Both the position numbers and the translations under genes were made by a program. DNA of 63,553 nucleotides, filler included, from an uncultured Chlamydiae bacterium (lineage in GTDB: Bacteria > Chlamydiota > Chlamydiia > Chlamydiales > SM23-39): NCBI GenBank assembly GCA_937899275.1. It is 5 parts of 5 records of this genome, joined end to end, with 100 filler letters (N's around TTAATTAATTAA, not from the genome) between each part and the next. Parts side by side here need not be neighbours in the genome. Positions count along the whole stretch, not along the records: positions 1 to 19,684 come from CALBPE010000084.1; 4 more parts are not named here. The stretch is one strand, 5' to 3'. Below, piece by piece: positions 1 to 9,580 of this stretch. The first letter of the stretch is position 1. Each line of letters starts with the position of its first letter. The notes below the pieces were generated by a model. It made no database searches and was not told where the DNA came from. It worked only from the letters and a program-made list of their open reading frames with translations.

Positions 1-1
1 A

Positions 2-1132
2 TGCTTTATCTTTGATGTTCAATGCGCCAGATTGTGTGAAGATTATCGGCTTTACGCCGGTATAATTTTTTTCTATTTCAAGATGACCGCCGCAAAATAC
101 TAGTGTATCTCCACAAATCGATCCCCCTTCTTTTATGCAGACAGCGCCTTCTTCTAAAAAGAAATTTCCTCGGTATAAGTGATCCGTTGTAAGAGAAAGC
201 GTGCCTTTTCCTTTTTTGACAAAGTGCCCTTCTCCTTCAACTGAACTGGTTAATGTCAGGCTCAATTGATCGGGTACAATAAAAGAACCGGAGCGTTTTA
301 CCTTTATCGGTCTTTGTAAAGTAAACGACTGTTCTACTTCAATGGAGCCATCTTCAAATACAATTGTGGAGGATCCAAAGTTGGAATCGCTTTTTGCAAT
401 AATAGATCCTTCTTCAATACATGTCTCGCCAGAGTATGTGTTATTTCCTGTAAGGCGTAAAGATCCCTTCCCTTGTTTAGAAATAGAGCCTTGCCCTTTT
501 AGTGCGCCTTGCAATGTGCATATAGTATCCGCTGCATTGATGATGTTTCCCAGGCTGTCGATAAAAAGAGGATTTTCAAAGGAAAGGGTTTTTTCTGTGT
601 AAAGATCTCCTCCCGCAAGATGAAGAGCTCCTAGTCCTACCTGACTTGGACTAGAGATGTATAGAGTGCCTTCGGCTACGTTTGTGCCCCCAGAATAGGT
701 GTTTTCATTTTGTAGTCTTAAACCACCTTTACCTGATTTGGTTAAAAATCCCGCGCCGTTAATGAGTCCTTTTACCGAAAGTATAGTCTCTTCAGCAGAG
801 TCAATAGTTCCTGTAGTAGCTAGGATAATCTGCTTATCGAGTTGAAAACTTGTCGTAGTTTTTAGCGTACCTCCGCTAAGAACAAGAGCATCTGCACCAA
901 GTCCAGATGGGCTGCTGATCGTCAGCATGCCTTCTTCTAGTACCGTTGCTTTTGCAAAAGGATCCAAACGGGGTAGTTGTAAGGTACTAGCTATTTCACT
1001 ACACAAAATACTAGGGCTATTTTCCTGTAAAAACGCGCTTTCGTCTTTACGATTTTTTTTTCCAGCGAAAAGACCTTCGCAATAAAGGGAAAAAAACGTC
1101 AAAAAAACGATCCAAAGTCGTTGTTGTTTCAT
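2..1132 (-). CDS. Autotransporter-associated beta-strand (PATR) repeat surface protein, N-terminal part; runs off the window start
   Basis: Translated by hand; absent from the ORF track because there is no stop in the window. ATG at 1132 gives MKQQRLWIVFLTFFSLYCEGLFA (signal-peptide-like), followed by repeats LTKSGKGGLRLQNENTYSGGTNVAEGTL, ISKQGKGSLRLTGNNTYSGETCIEEGSI and FVKKGKGTLSLTTDHLYRGNFFLEEGAV. Confidence 0.85.
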   Translation of the reverse strand, partial: MKQQRLWIVFLTFFSLYCEGLFAGKKNRKDESAFLQENSPSILCSEIASTLQLPRLDPFAKATVLEEGMLTISSPSGLGADALVLSGGTLKTTTSFQLDKQIILATTGTIDSAEETILSVKGLINGAGFLTKSGKGGLRLQNENTYSGGTNVAEGTLYISSPSQVGLGALHLAGGDLYTEKTLSFENPLFIDSLGNIINAADTICTLQGALKGQGSISKQGKGSLRLTGNNTYSGETCIEEGSIIAKSDSNFGSSTIVFEDGSIEVEQSFTLQRPIKVKRSGSFIVPDQLSLTLTSSVEGEGHFVKKGKGTLSLTTDHLYRGNFFLEEGAVCIKEGGSICGDTLVFCGGHLEIEKNYTGVKPIIFTQSGALNIKDKA

Positions 1133-1273
1133 TGATAAGTCTCCACAACTTACGTGTAGCAGGCGGTAAAATAAAAGACTAGGTGATTTTTCTATGAGGG
1201 AATGCGAAAAGAAATTATTTGAAAAATGAACGGGATTTTTTTAAAATAATTGCCTATTTTTTTTGGAGGATAG

Positions 1274-3025
1274 ATGAGCACAAAAGTTTCGTTACAAAGC
1301 GTACCTGCCCTAGACCAGCCTATAAAACCACAATCGCTGCGCAGCGGCAAATACAGGAAAATCTGTAAAAAAATGGAGCGAAAAATTTCGCAGAGATTGG
1401 TCAATCATCCTTGGTTATGTGATTGTCTTTCCTATAGTAATGGTAAAGGAAATCCCCCTGAATTTCCCTACGTTTTAGATGAAAAAGCAGACTCAAGTAT
1501 AAAAGGAAATCCCGATGGATTTCCCTACGTTTTAGATGGAAAAGCAGGCTCAGGTATAAAAAGTTTTAAAGTTAAAACAGGAAGGAGGCTTAGGTCACCC
1601 GTTGCGTTAGTTAAGCCCCCTAAAGCCTGCTTTGTGATCAATGTTCCTATAGGAGTTGAGCCTAACGTAACAAAAAAAAGATGCAAAAAGCGCATACAGC
1701 GTATCTTAGATAAGCTATCCAATGAAGCATTTAAAGCGCCTCATGTAAAAGCCTCCACCGTAGCCCGATCCCGAATTGGTGTTGTATTCGGGTTAAACCA
1801 AATGGCATCTTTAGATAGAGAACGCGATCGCAATTTTCAGAATAAAATACAAGAAATACAAGCGGTCTCTGATGTCGTTTACAGAGTAATAGGCTTTTTT
1901 TGGAAGCCTATCTTTGCAAAGACAGATCCATATAAAGATAAATGCGGCATTTATCCTCCAAAAAAAAGTTACCGGCTCATAAAAGTACTAGATCCTAAAA
2001 TGGCAGCCTGTATTTTAGCATCGATTGAAGATCATTCTCAAAAAAAGGTCCCTTATCAATGCATTAGACAGGTTATTTTACAACACAGCTGTACACGAAG
2101 ATTTGAAGATGTTTTTAGAAAACGCTACAAAAAGGCAGCTTTATACAACGCTTTTTTAGATGCAGATACGCTGTCGCTAGTAAACTCACACAACAAGGGT
2201 ATCTTTAGAAAGATCGAACAAATAGTAGAGCCGCATGCAGTGATTGGATTTGGATACCGTTTAGCATCAACGGAAACTCCTTTACTACAACTTGCTTGCA
2301 AGCTTGATATGCGCATACGTGCGGCTATGCAAAAAGAGCTTTCTTTCAGTCCCTACTTTCCAGAGCCGTTTCTTTTTGTGCGTCAAGAAAAAAGGCGCCA
2401 AGGAAGGCGTTTTTATCGACCTTCTTTTAAAGGTGCTGGATCTGCATTAGAAAGTAGACGCCTTATCCAAAATGGGCTTGAAAATAGAAGTATTAACCAA
2501 AAAGGGTTGTTTTTCCCAAATGGCGGGGTAACCACTACTCCTGAAAGGTTTCGAACAAAGGTAATGCGAAGTACAGCTCCTGTCAATGCAAACACCCTTG
2601 ACAATTTAAGTGCCATTAAAGCACTTAGAGGCGTTTCTCAGACACATTTATGTCCTAAAAAATGGGCAGACCAGGTCTATTTAGGATTAACGATTTTAGG
2701 TTTTAAATGTACGGTGGTTACTGATGCAACGGCTCCTATGCAAGAAATATTTAAATTATACGATCCGATTTCCAAGATGAGAAGTTTCGGTAAAAACTAC
2801 AATTTCCAGGGCTTTCAAGCAGTGATAAGGAACTACAAATTTGCTAAAGTGGGTGATGTAAAAGTTGCGTGTAAATGTTTGTCTTCTGCCCAGAAAAAGG
2901 ACAGAAAAAAGCACAGAAAAAACCTTCAAAGATTGGGTGTGAAAAAAACACTGATCAATCGGGTGGAAAAAACCGCTTTAGAATCAGGAAAGGCGGTTTA
3001 CCGCACCTTAAAAAGATTTGCTTAA
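1274..3025 (+). CDS. Basic 583-aa hypothetical protein, possible DxD (GT-A) glycosyltransferase-like effector
   Basis: Long ORF with GGAGG RBS; YNAFLDADT and YFPEP motifs; K/R-rich clusters. Confidence 0.6.
   Translation: MSTKVSLQSVPALDQPIKPQSLRSGKYRKICKKMERKISQRLVNHPWLCDCLSYSNGKGNPPEFPYVLDEKADSSIKGNPDGFPYVLDGKAGSGIKSFKVKTGRRLRSPVALVKPPKACFVINVPIGVEPNVTKKRCKKRIQRILDKLSNEAFKAPHVKASTVARSRIGVVFGLNQMASLDRERDRNFQNKIQEIQAVSDVVYRVIGFFWKPIFAKTDPYKDKCGIYPPKKSYRLIKVLDPKMAACILASIEDHSQKKVPYQCIRQVILQHSCTRRFEDVFRKRYKKAALYNAFLDADTLSLVNSHNKGIFRKIEQIVEPHAVIGFGYRLASTETPLLQLACKLDMRIRAAMQKELSFSPYFPEPFLFVRQEKRRQGRRFYRPSFKGAGSALESRRLIQNGLENRSINQKGLFFPNGGVTTTPERFRTKVMRSTAPVNANTLDNLSAIKALRGVSQTHLCPKKWADQVYLGLTILGFKCTVVTDATAPMQEIFKLYDPISKMRSFGKNYNFQGFQAVIRNYKFAKVGDVKVACKCLSSAQKKDRKKHRKNLQRLGVKKTLINRVEKTALESGKAVYRTLKRFA
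1445..1558 (+). repeat. 57-bp in-frame tandem duplication (2 x 19 aa)
   Basis: KGNPPEFPYVLDEKADSSI / KGNPDGFPYVLDGKAGSGI; the DNA copies start at 1445 and 1502. Confidence 0.9.
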
Positions 3026-3098
3026 GGAAAGATCTTTCGCTCTTTTTTTCCTTTTTTCTTAAAATGCTTTGGATATGTACTACAATAATAGGAAATCC

Positions 3099-3698
3099 AT
3101 GAAGCTCATCAAAAACTTATGCATTTTTTTTGTGATCTTGCATCCATTTTGTCTTCAAGCAGATGAACCAAATGCTTTAGTGACCAATATCTCTATAGGC
3201 AATAATGCGGCTTATTTTGTTCTTGCCGATGGATCATGCTGGAAAGCGGTCCAGTTTAAAACAAGATGGCGCTCTCCTTTTGAATGGTGGCAAGGAGTAG
3301 AGCTTGTTCCCAAAGAATACACATCTTCTCCAGATATTTGGCGCAAAGGGGCCAATATCACCGTGCATCTAAAAAAGGACTGCGATCTAGTAGAAGATAA
3401 AAATGCATCGAATCACCAAGAAATCAGCAAATGCACCCATCTACTCATCAACCACGATACAGGCGATGCGCTATTTGCTATTTACTTTGCTTTTGAAGAT
3501 TGTTTAGTTCAGGTGAAAAATGATGCATTTGCATCTGGAAAACTCACTGGTTATGAAACAGGTTGGGATGAAGGCTATCGTGCAGGCAAATCGAAAGAGC
3601 GGCAAAATTTCGAGAGGCAAATTCATGAAAATGAGCGTAGAGCCTATTTAGAGGGATATGAACAGGCAATGCGTGAAAGAGCGGCCGATTTAGATTAA
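3099..3698 (+). CDS. Exported hypothetical protein with GxxxG helical repeats near the C-terminus
   Basis: MKLIKNLCIFFVILHPFCLQA signal peptide; GYETGWDEGYRAG and AYLEGYEQA. Confidence 0.7.
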   Translation: MKLIKNLCIFFVILHPFCLQADEPNALVTNISIGNNAAYFVLADGSCWKAVQFKTRWRSPFEWWQGVELVPKEYTSSPDIWRKGANITVHLKKDCDLVEDKNASNHQEISKCTHLLINHDTGDALFAIYFAFEDCLVQVKNDAFASGKLTGYETGWDEGYRAGKSKERQNFERQIHENERRAYLEGYEQAMRERAADLD

Positions 3699-3762
3699 AT
3701 GCACCTATTTTCTTGGAATAATCGGATCTCAATGGTATAATCTACCCCCTTGAAGATAAGGC

Positions 3763-4347
3763 ATGTATTTTATGAAGCTAGAAGTTGATTGTTCATGGAA
3801 TAAAGCAAAAGAAAAAGCCAAGCAAACAATTCACTTCGATTATCTTCCTAAAAGCATCTTTTGCATGCCCGAAGAAAAGATCCTTGCTTTACAAGATCTG
3901 CATCATACAGCCCATCTAGAGGGGCCTATTATTTTAGATAAGCTGCAGCATTTTCTTTCCTCTCATCCCGATAGTTTATATGCTCTTGTCATCTACTACC
4001 AGATACTGCAGTTTTTTGGTTACGTGGAAGATGGGAAAAAGCTACTAAACATCATGAAAAAGCAGTTTTCTGGTGAAGTATTTGTCGAATGTATGCTTGC
4101 AAAAGAGCTCTTAGAACAAGGGAAAGTCGATCAATTTTTCTTTTTCTTCGGCAGAACCGAAGTACTACAAGGAGTATTTCCTAAAAGAAGCGGATTTTTC
4201 TTTGAAGAAGCCCTGTTTTTTCATCATTTGTGGATGCGTTACTTCTCCATAAAGGGAAATCTCTGTCAGTTGCAAAAACATCAGCAGTTTATCAATCTTA
4301 TGATGAATACGTTAAATACCTTCCATCGGTTCACATTTTCTGCTTGA
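3763..4347 (+). CDS. Hypothetical helical protein (TPR-like)
   Basis: 194-aa ORF with helical, aromatic-rich composition. Confidence 0.55.
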   Translation: MYFMKLEVDCSWNKAKEKAKQTIHFDYLPKSIFCMPEEKILALQDLHHTAHLEGPIILDKLQHFLSSHPDSLYALVIYYQILQFFGYVEDGKKLLNIMKKQFSGEVFVECMLAKELLEQGKVDQFFFFFGRTEVLQGVFPKRSGFFFEEALFFHHLWMRYFSIKGNLCQLQKHQQFINLMMNTLNTFHRFTFSA

Positions 4348-4595
4348 ATACGATAGGTAAAGCGCGTTGATGCCCTGTTTTTCGTCTTAAAAATCAGCTG
4401 CTTTTCTCAAAAATATTCTACTACATAAAGAGCTGTCTATAGCCCTTTTTTTCTGATACCCACCTACAACCCTTATTTTATCGTATTATAGATGTATATT
4501 CTATGTTTTTACTCATGTTTATTCATAAAAAGTGTAATTATTTTTTGATATAGTTAAATGTTTAAAAAAAATCTTGTTTTTTCTATAATATAGTA

Positions 4596-5909
4596 ATGAG
4601 CTGCATCGAAAGAATAAAAACAAAAATTAATTATAATCTTTTTTTAGAATTAGAAGCCGCTGTAGAAGAAGCGACAGGCGCGATAAAGACGTTCAATCCT
4701 GCTCTGAAAATTAGAGAAGCGACGCAACAGCAGCAAATCATGCTGCAAAACGCAGCCTCTCTTTATAGTCGGGCAAGAAAAGCCTGGTTTTTGCCTAAAA
4801 AAGCCAAAGAAAACCTACGTTACCTTAGAAGTATAGCAGAAGCGCGCAAGATTGCCCAATTACAGGATCTCCCGTTTGTTCCTCTATTGAATAATCCAGA
4901 TGTTCGGAAGGTGGTTTTAGCAAATCACCTACACCGGAAAATCACTGCACAGCACCGCTCTTTAGGTTTAGGACTTACATTTGACAAAAGTTTTGCGCTT
5001 TCTGTTCCTCAAAAAGAGGGGGGAGTCGAGAAGGCTGTTTCTCTACCATTAAGAAAGGTCTTTGGAGAAAATGCAGTATGTAAGACAAACCCTTTTGGCA
5101 AAACTCCTAATGGGGAGTTTTTGGAACATGGATTTACTGTGCATTCTGCAAAAAAGTGGAGACGTCTCCAAGCTACGTATGAAGTATCCGTCGAAAGTGG
5201 CAATTTTGTGCATATCGATAACTTAACCGGTACAAAAGAGATCATTGGATCATCTCAAAAAAGCCATGTACAGATAGTAAATGTTTTACCATGGTTTTAT
5301 GATCTTTTTACAAGTCCTTGGAACGGCCCTTGGAATGGTCATACATACCTGCGTGTTGTAGTAAAAGATGGAGATAAAGGAAGGCTATATCATATAGGAG
5401 GCGATCTCGGAGGAGGAATCATCAATCCCGATTTTATGGCAACTTTTTCTATGGAAAAAAGAAGGTATACAGCGTATTCATGGGCTACTATCAAAGAACA
5501 AGCAGCTCCTTCATCTGAGTCAAGCCTTCAAAATACCAATCGAGGCCAAAGACTGATTCGCTGTTTAGAAAATCTACAAGCCAAAATTTTAAAACAACAA
5601 CCTCCACACAAAGCTTGTGAAAGAGCCTATGGTGCATCTACCTGGCAAGAGTATAGAAAAGTAATTCGGCAATTGGGGGGAACCTGCTCTTCAGCAGCTA
5701 TTGCTTTATTTGAAATCATGACAGGTAGAAAGCAAAAAAAAACGCGCGGCAGTTTATTGTACCGAATGATATATAATCCGGTAGTTGTCTGGTTATTAGA
5801 TTGTATTTGGTCGGTTTTACCTGACTGGATATATAACCGTATTATTCTTCCTTTACAGATCGTGTTTCGAGGTAAAAAACCCCTCTTTATGCCAGAAAAG
5901 TTGGACTAA
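4596..5909 (+). CDS. Hypothetical 437-aa protein, possible permuted papain-like (His before Cys) peptidase with hydrophobic C-terminus
   Basis: Long ORF after an AT-rich leader; NGHTYLRVVV...LYHIGG, then GGTCSSAA. Confidence 0.55.
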   Translation: MSCIERIKTKINYNLFLELEAAVEEATGAIKTFNPALKIREATQQQQIMLQNAASLYSRARKAWFLPKKAKENLRYLRSIAEARKIAQLQDLPFVPLLNNPDVRKVVLANHLHRKITAQHRSLGLGLTFDKSFALSVPQKEGGVEKAVSLPLRKVFGENAVCKTNPFGKTPNGEFLEHGFTVHSAKKWRRLQATYEVSVESGNFVHIDNLTGTKEIIGSSQKSHVQIVNVLPWFYDLFTSPWNGPWNGHTYLRVVVKDGDKGRLYHIGGDLGGGIINPDFMATFSMEKRRYTAYSWATIKEQAAPSSESSLQNTNRGQRLIRCLENLQAKILKQQPPHKACERAYGASTWQEYRKVIRQLGGTCSSAAIALFEIMTGRKQKKTRGSLLYRMIYNPVVVWLLDCIWSVLPDWIYNRIILPLQIVFRGKKPLFMPEKLD

Positions 5910-5992
5910 GTTTTTTTCCGGTATTTAGAAAAATTCAGTGCGTTTTTTTTTCAATCTAGCTACATTGCCCTTTTTTTACATAATGGAGGTAT

Positions 5993-6901
5993 TTGATGTG
6001 GCATTTTGCGGCTTTACCATTTGCTTTGTGGCTTAGTAGCGGATCTTTTGAAAAAGTAGGTCTCACTGTAAACCGAGCATCCTATCAACGTTTAGAAAAA
6101 GACAAAAACGCATCTTCTCTCTATACATCTGAGAAGAATCTGTGGGATCTTTCTGATCATGCGCTTTTGAAAATAGGCCATAGAATCTGGCAAAATACCT
6201 GTAAAAAAAGAAGAGACCAAATCACATTTTGGCATGAAAAACGGCAATTTCCTTCGATCGGTATAGCGCATTTTAACTGGCTTCCTGCTTCTTATCAAGG
6301 TCCTAACATGGAAAATACTTTTGCAGATTTTTTAACTTTTGCCGCTAAAAAACGGGTAGATATACCTACTTGGTTAAAGAAAAACCCTTACTGTCCCTGG
6401 TCTAAAAGAGCCTTATTTTATGAAGAATTTTACAGTCCAAAAATGCAGGAGCTTCGCCTATTTTTACTAGATACAATACCCATCCAAGTAGAGTATATAC
6501 GCGATCATTTACAAAACGCGTGGCAAAAGCTTCTGAATAAAACAAAAGGAAAGGAAAAAGATCTGTTAATCCACCGTTTATCTACCTTGGCGAGTCAGAA
6601 AAACGGGATTTATTCTCTTTTTGATTATAGCAGCGTTTACCGGCAGGCTATCCAACTGCCTTACAAAAAATCGAAAGGCCTATTTAAAGACCCATCGAAA
6701 GACCAGGAAAATACAGGGGTTTTTCAGGTATTACAAGAAATAGATGAAAAGATATTTTGTAAACGACCAGAAAAAGCCTTTTTTCTTGCCGCAACTAACC
6801 TGATCAAAAAACAAGCGGAAAAGGCGCCAAAGAATACTTCAGAGGTATTTTTTCTTCCTGTTTGGTTAAAGCGTTTGGAGACCTACCGCGATAGCCAGTA
6901 G
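5993..6901 (+). CDS. Exported conserved hypothetical protein (IWxNE/FPSxGIGHFxW-type family), divergent
   Basis: IGHRIWQNT, FPSIGIAHFNWLP, CPW, QVL and WLKRLETY motifs; hydrophobic N-terminus; GGAGG RBS. Confidence 0.6.
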   Translation: MMWHFAALPFALWLSSGSFEKVGLTVNRASYQRLEKDKNASSLYTSEKNLWDLSDHALLKIGHRIWQNTCKKRRDQITFWHEKRQFPSIGIAHFNWLPASYQGPNMENTFADFLTFAAKKRVDIPTWLKKNPYCPWSKRALFYEEFYSPKMQELRLFLLDTIPIQVEYIRDHLQNAWQKLLNKTKGKEKDLLIHRLSTLASQKNGIYSLFDYSSVYRQAIQLPYKKSKGLFKDPSKDQENTGVFQVLQEIDEKIFCKRPEKAFFLAATNLIKKQAEKAPKNTSEVFFLPVWLKRLETYRDSQ

Positions 6902-7234
6902 ATCCTATCCACACGCATATTTTCAATAGTTAAGGCGCGGGTAAGCGTTTTCATCGTTACTAGTTTTGCCCAGGCTAGTTTCTTTTGCGTTCTAACTAGC
7001 TCTCTTCGTGGGCATGTACAGCGAAAATCCAGCACATAGACGCTCACAGAAAAGATTTTTTTGAATTGTATAGAAAAAGATTGCAAATGAGGCGGATTAA
7101 TAGTGTTTTTTTTCTGATTTGCGCGTAATAAAACAAAATGAATTAATTAAATAAAATATTTTTCTAATTTTTTATTGAATTGAAATAAAATCGAAGTATG
7201 CCTTAATATTTTTAGTAAATAATTTGGAGGATTT

Positions 7235-8104
7235 ATGTCTGTAGTAGCAGTAGGTGCTGTCAGCGTTCGCAGCGGAGTTCTCGGTCATGAAAAAAAGCAT
7301 TGTGTAGCTGGAGCGCACGTACAGAGCGGAAATATAGGGTGTTCTTCTTGTGTAACCATGCGGATTCTTACTTGGGAAGAATGTGATACCTTAGCTAAAA
7401 AAATAGGTTTTATTTTGGGTCGAGCGTTCAATGCGCTCGCGTATTACGCAGGCAAAGGCGTCGGTAAGATTGTCTGGTGCTATGAAAAAATTGTGTCTGT
7501 TTTGTACCTTGATATAGCGGCCAACAAACTGTGGCAAGGAGTAAAAAAAGGCTTTTACTACCTTGTACAGATCTTTTCTTTTTTTAGGGAAAAAGCTGTA
7601 GCTATCATCAATAGCCCTACGATAAAAAAATGCACTAGACTTACTTGGGATTACTGTCTAAAGCCGATCAAAAATATCATTGAAAGGATATTTACTACAT
7701 TTTCAAGCTTATTCCAAAAAGCGGATGATTTTTCAGCTGATGCATGTATCTATCTTAAAAATAGGATCGATTACTTCGTAAAAAACACCCGTTATTACCT
7801 AAATACTGCATTGACAAATTGCGGGGTTTACAAATGCTGGCATAGCATAAAACAGGGCTTTTTCCAGCTATCTCGACCTGTATCTTGGTGCAAAAAAAAG
7901 ATAGAGCTGATTTTTCCTAACGAGAAGATACAATCTGGGTTAGAAACGGTAAAAAAAGTGACTGCAACGATAAAAAAATACTTGTGCGATAAACCGTTAG
8001 AATACCTCATTGAGTATTTGGTAAAAAAACCTTTAGAATGTATAGGAGACTTTTTTTACGGAGGCATTAGCGGCTCTTACCGACAAGAAAAAGAGGAGAC
8101 TTAA
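7235..8104 (+). CDS. Hypothetical protein rich in amphipathic helices
   Basis: 289-aa ORF with GGAGG RBS after an AT-rich promoter region. Confidence 0.65.
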   Translation: MSVVAVGAVSVRSGVLGHEKKHCVAGAHVQSGNIGCSSCVTMRILTWEECDTLAKKIGFILGRAFNALAYYAGKGVGKIVWCYEKIVSVLYLDIAANKLWQGVKKGFYYLVQIFSFFREKAVAIINSPTIKKCTRLTWDYCLKPIKNIIERIFTTFSSLFQKADDFSADACIYLKNRIDYFVKNTRYYLNTALTNCGVYKCWHSIKQGFFQLSRPVSWCKKKIELIFPNEKIQSGLETVKKVTATIKKYLCDKPLEYLIEYLVKKPLECIGDFFYGGISGSYRQEKEET

Positions 8105-8158
8105 CCTCCTCTTTTCATCAAGAGCGGCAGTTTCATCCAGTCTTTTATTTCCATACGT

Positions 8159-8563
8159 TTATAAAAGAGGTAGAGGTAGAACTCCTTCGTCGATGGCATT
8201 GATATCGATTGTATCACGCATCACGTTTTCAAAAGATTCATTTACGCAGGCCTTTACCTTTACGATGGAAGATATATAGATGCGGCGCTTGTAGCGCGCG
8301 CATCTTATCGGAATAACGATTAGTTTACTTGTATTTTTTACTACCTCTTTGTTTATATCATGGATGGTTTTATCGCTGCCATCTTGACCCGTAACAGCAA
8401 CTGTTTTTATATCGTTTTTAACGAGATTTTTTGCATAAGATGGACCGCATTCCTCGGCTGTTAATGGAATATCTCTTTTGATCTTGTCGTTGATAGAGTA
8501 AGTAGCGCTACCTCCGTTAAAGGCGTTGAGAGTATACCGCACGATCATGAGGAAAATTTCCAC
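8159..8563 (-). CDS. Hypothetical protein
   Basis: 134-aa ORF filling the intergenic space; start uncertain. Confidence 0.45.
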   Translation of the reverse strand: MEIFLMIVRYTLNAFNGGSATYSINDKIKRDIPLTAEECGPSYAKNLVKNDIKTVAVTGQDGSDKTIHDINKEVVKNTSKLIVIPIRCARYKRRIYISSIVKVKACVNESFENVMRDTIDINAIDEGVLPLPLL

Positions 8564-8689
8564 AATAACTCTACGGATTGTAATTTTTTAGGGAAAATAG
8601 TGATTGTCAATAATTTGTAATATTGGTAATTTCTTGAATCATTTTTTTATGAAAAAAAAATTATATTGTTACGTTGGAGGTACTGAGGC

Positions 8690-9580
8690 ATGAAGCTCTA
8701 TCCGTCTTATATTAAAGTCTTTATTTCATGTTGGATGCTGTTTTTCGCGGCGATAACACTGGAAGGAGCCGATCTTTCTGAATCCTCTTCGGTGATTCGG
8801 GCTATTGCTAACACCAATTACCATGTGGAGCCTGGATTGAAGGTGGCTAAGCTGTATGAATTAGATCCTGCGTTTTTTTCCAAGCTACAAGAAGAAATTG
8901 TACATTTAGTAGAGGTAAACAAACCCTCAGATGTGAATCAGAAAAATCATGTAACTCATTGGACCAAACCTTGGGGTAATGCAATCCAGTATTCTCTTTT
9001 GAACAGATCAGGGCGCTTTGAAGATACATCTGTTGATCATAACTCTTCGGTTTTTCAAAAAGCGTTTCACCATGAAGAAATGTATCCCTATTTAGCGCAA
9101 TTTATTCGATTTTTCCCGCATGCTACCAACTTCCGCATCAATGTCATGGGAGCAAATTCTGGACTTTCTCAACATGAAGAATGTTCTTGTATGAGAAACC
9201 ATCAAGGTGTTCCTATGGTAAGAGCCCGGTTTCATTTGCCGATCCAAACGAATCCTTTAGTCTATCTTTTTGTCGATCAAGAGGTGTTTTCTTTTAAGGA
9301 AGGAAGCATCTATTTCTTCAATAATGGGGGAATTCATTCTTCAGAAAACAATGATCCAGAAAAAAGTAGGATACACCTTGTATGGGATATGCTTCTTACA
9401 GAAGATACATTCAATAGGATGTTTGCAAGAAAAACTCTGCCAAAAAAAATATTTCAGCCAGTGGAAAAATGGACCGTTCCTGTAGAGTTTTACCGTCCTT
9501 TAGACCCTGCGTATGCAGGAAATCACAATGGATATTCTTTAGAAGAAGCTAGGGCTACTCGATTATGCGACTTGCAGTAG
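8690..9580 (+). CDS. 2-oxoglutarate/Fe(II) dioxygenase, aspartyl/asparaginyl beta-hydroxylase family, with signal peptide
   Basis: LSQHEE (HxE), RFHLPIQTNP, FFNNGGIHSSENN (distal His), RIHLVWD (2OG-binding Arg). Confidence 0.85.
   Translation: MKLYPSYIKVFISCWMLFFAAITLEGADLSESSSVIRAIANTNYHVEPGLKVAKLYELDPAFFSKLQEEIVHLVEVNKPSDVNQKNHVTHWTKPWGNAIQYSLLNRSGRFEDTSVDHNSSVFQKAFHHEEMYPYLAQFIRFFPHATNFRINVMGANSGLSQHEECSCMRNHQGVPMVRARFHLPIQTNPLVYLFVDQEVFSFKEGSIYFFNNGGIHSSENNDPEKSRIHLVWDMLLTEDTFNRMFARKTLPKKIFQPVEKWTVPVEFYRPLDPAYAGNHNGYSLEEARATRLCDLQ

Noticed and set aside
342..602. 86-aa + strand ORF and the many other short ORFs antisense to or nested in long genes
   Set aside because: Shadow frames of well-supported genes on the opposite strand; this one lies opposite the PATR protein
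6883..7086. 67-aa minus-strand ORF
   Set aside because: Short, TTG start, no recognisable motif or RBS
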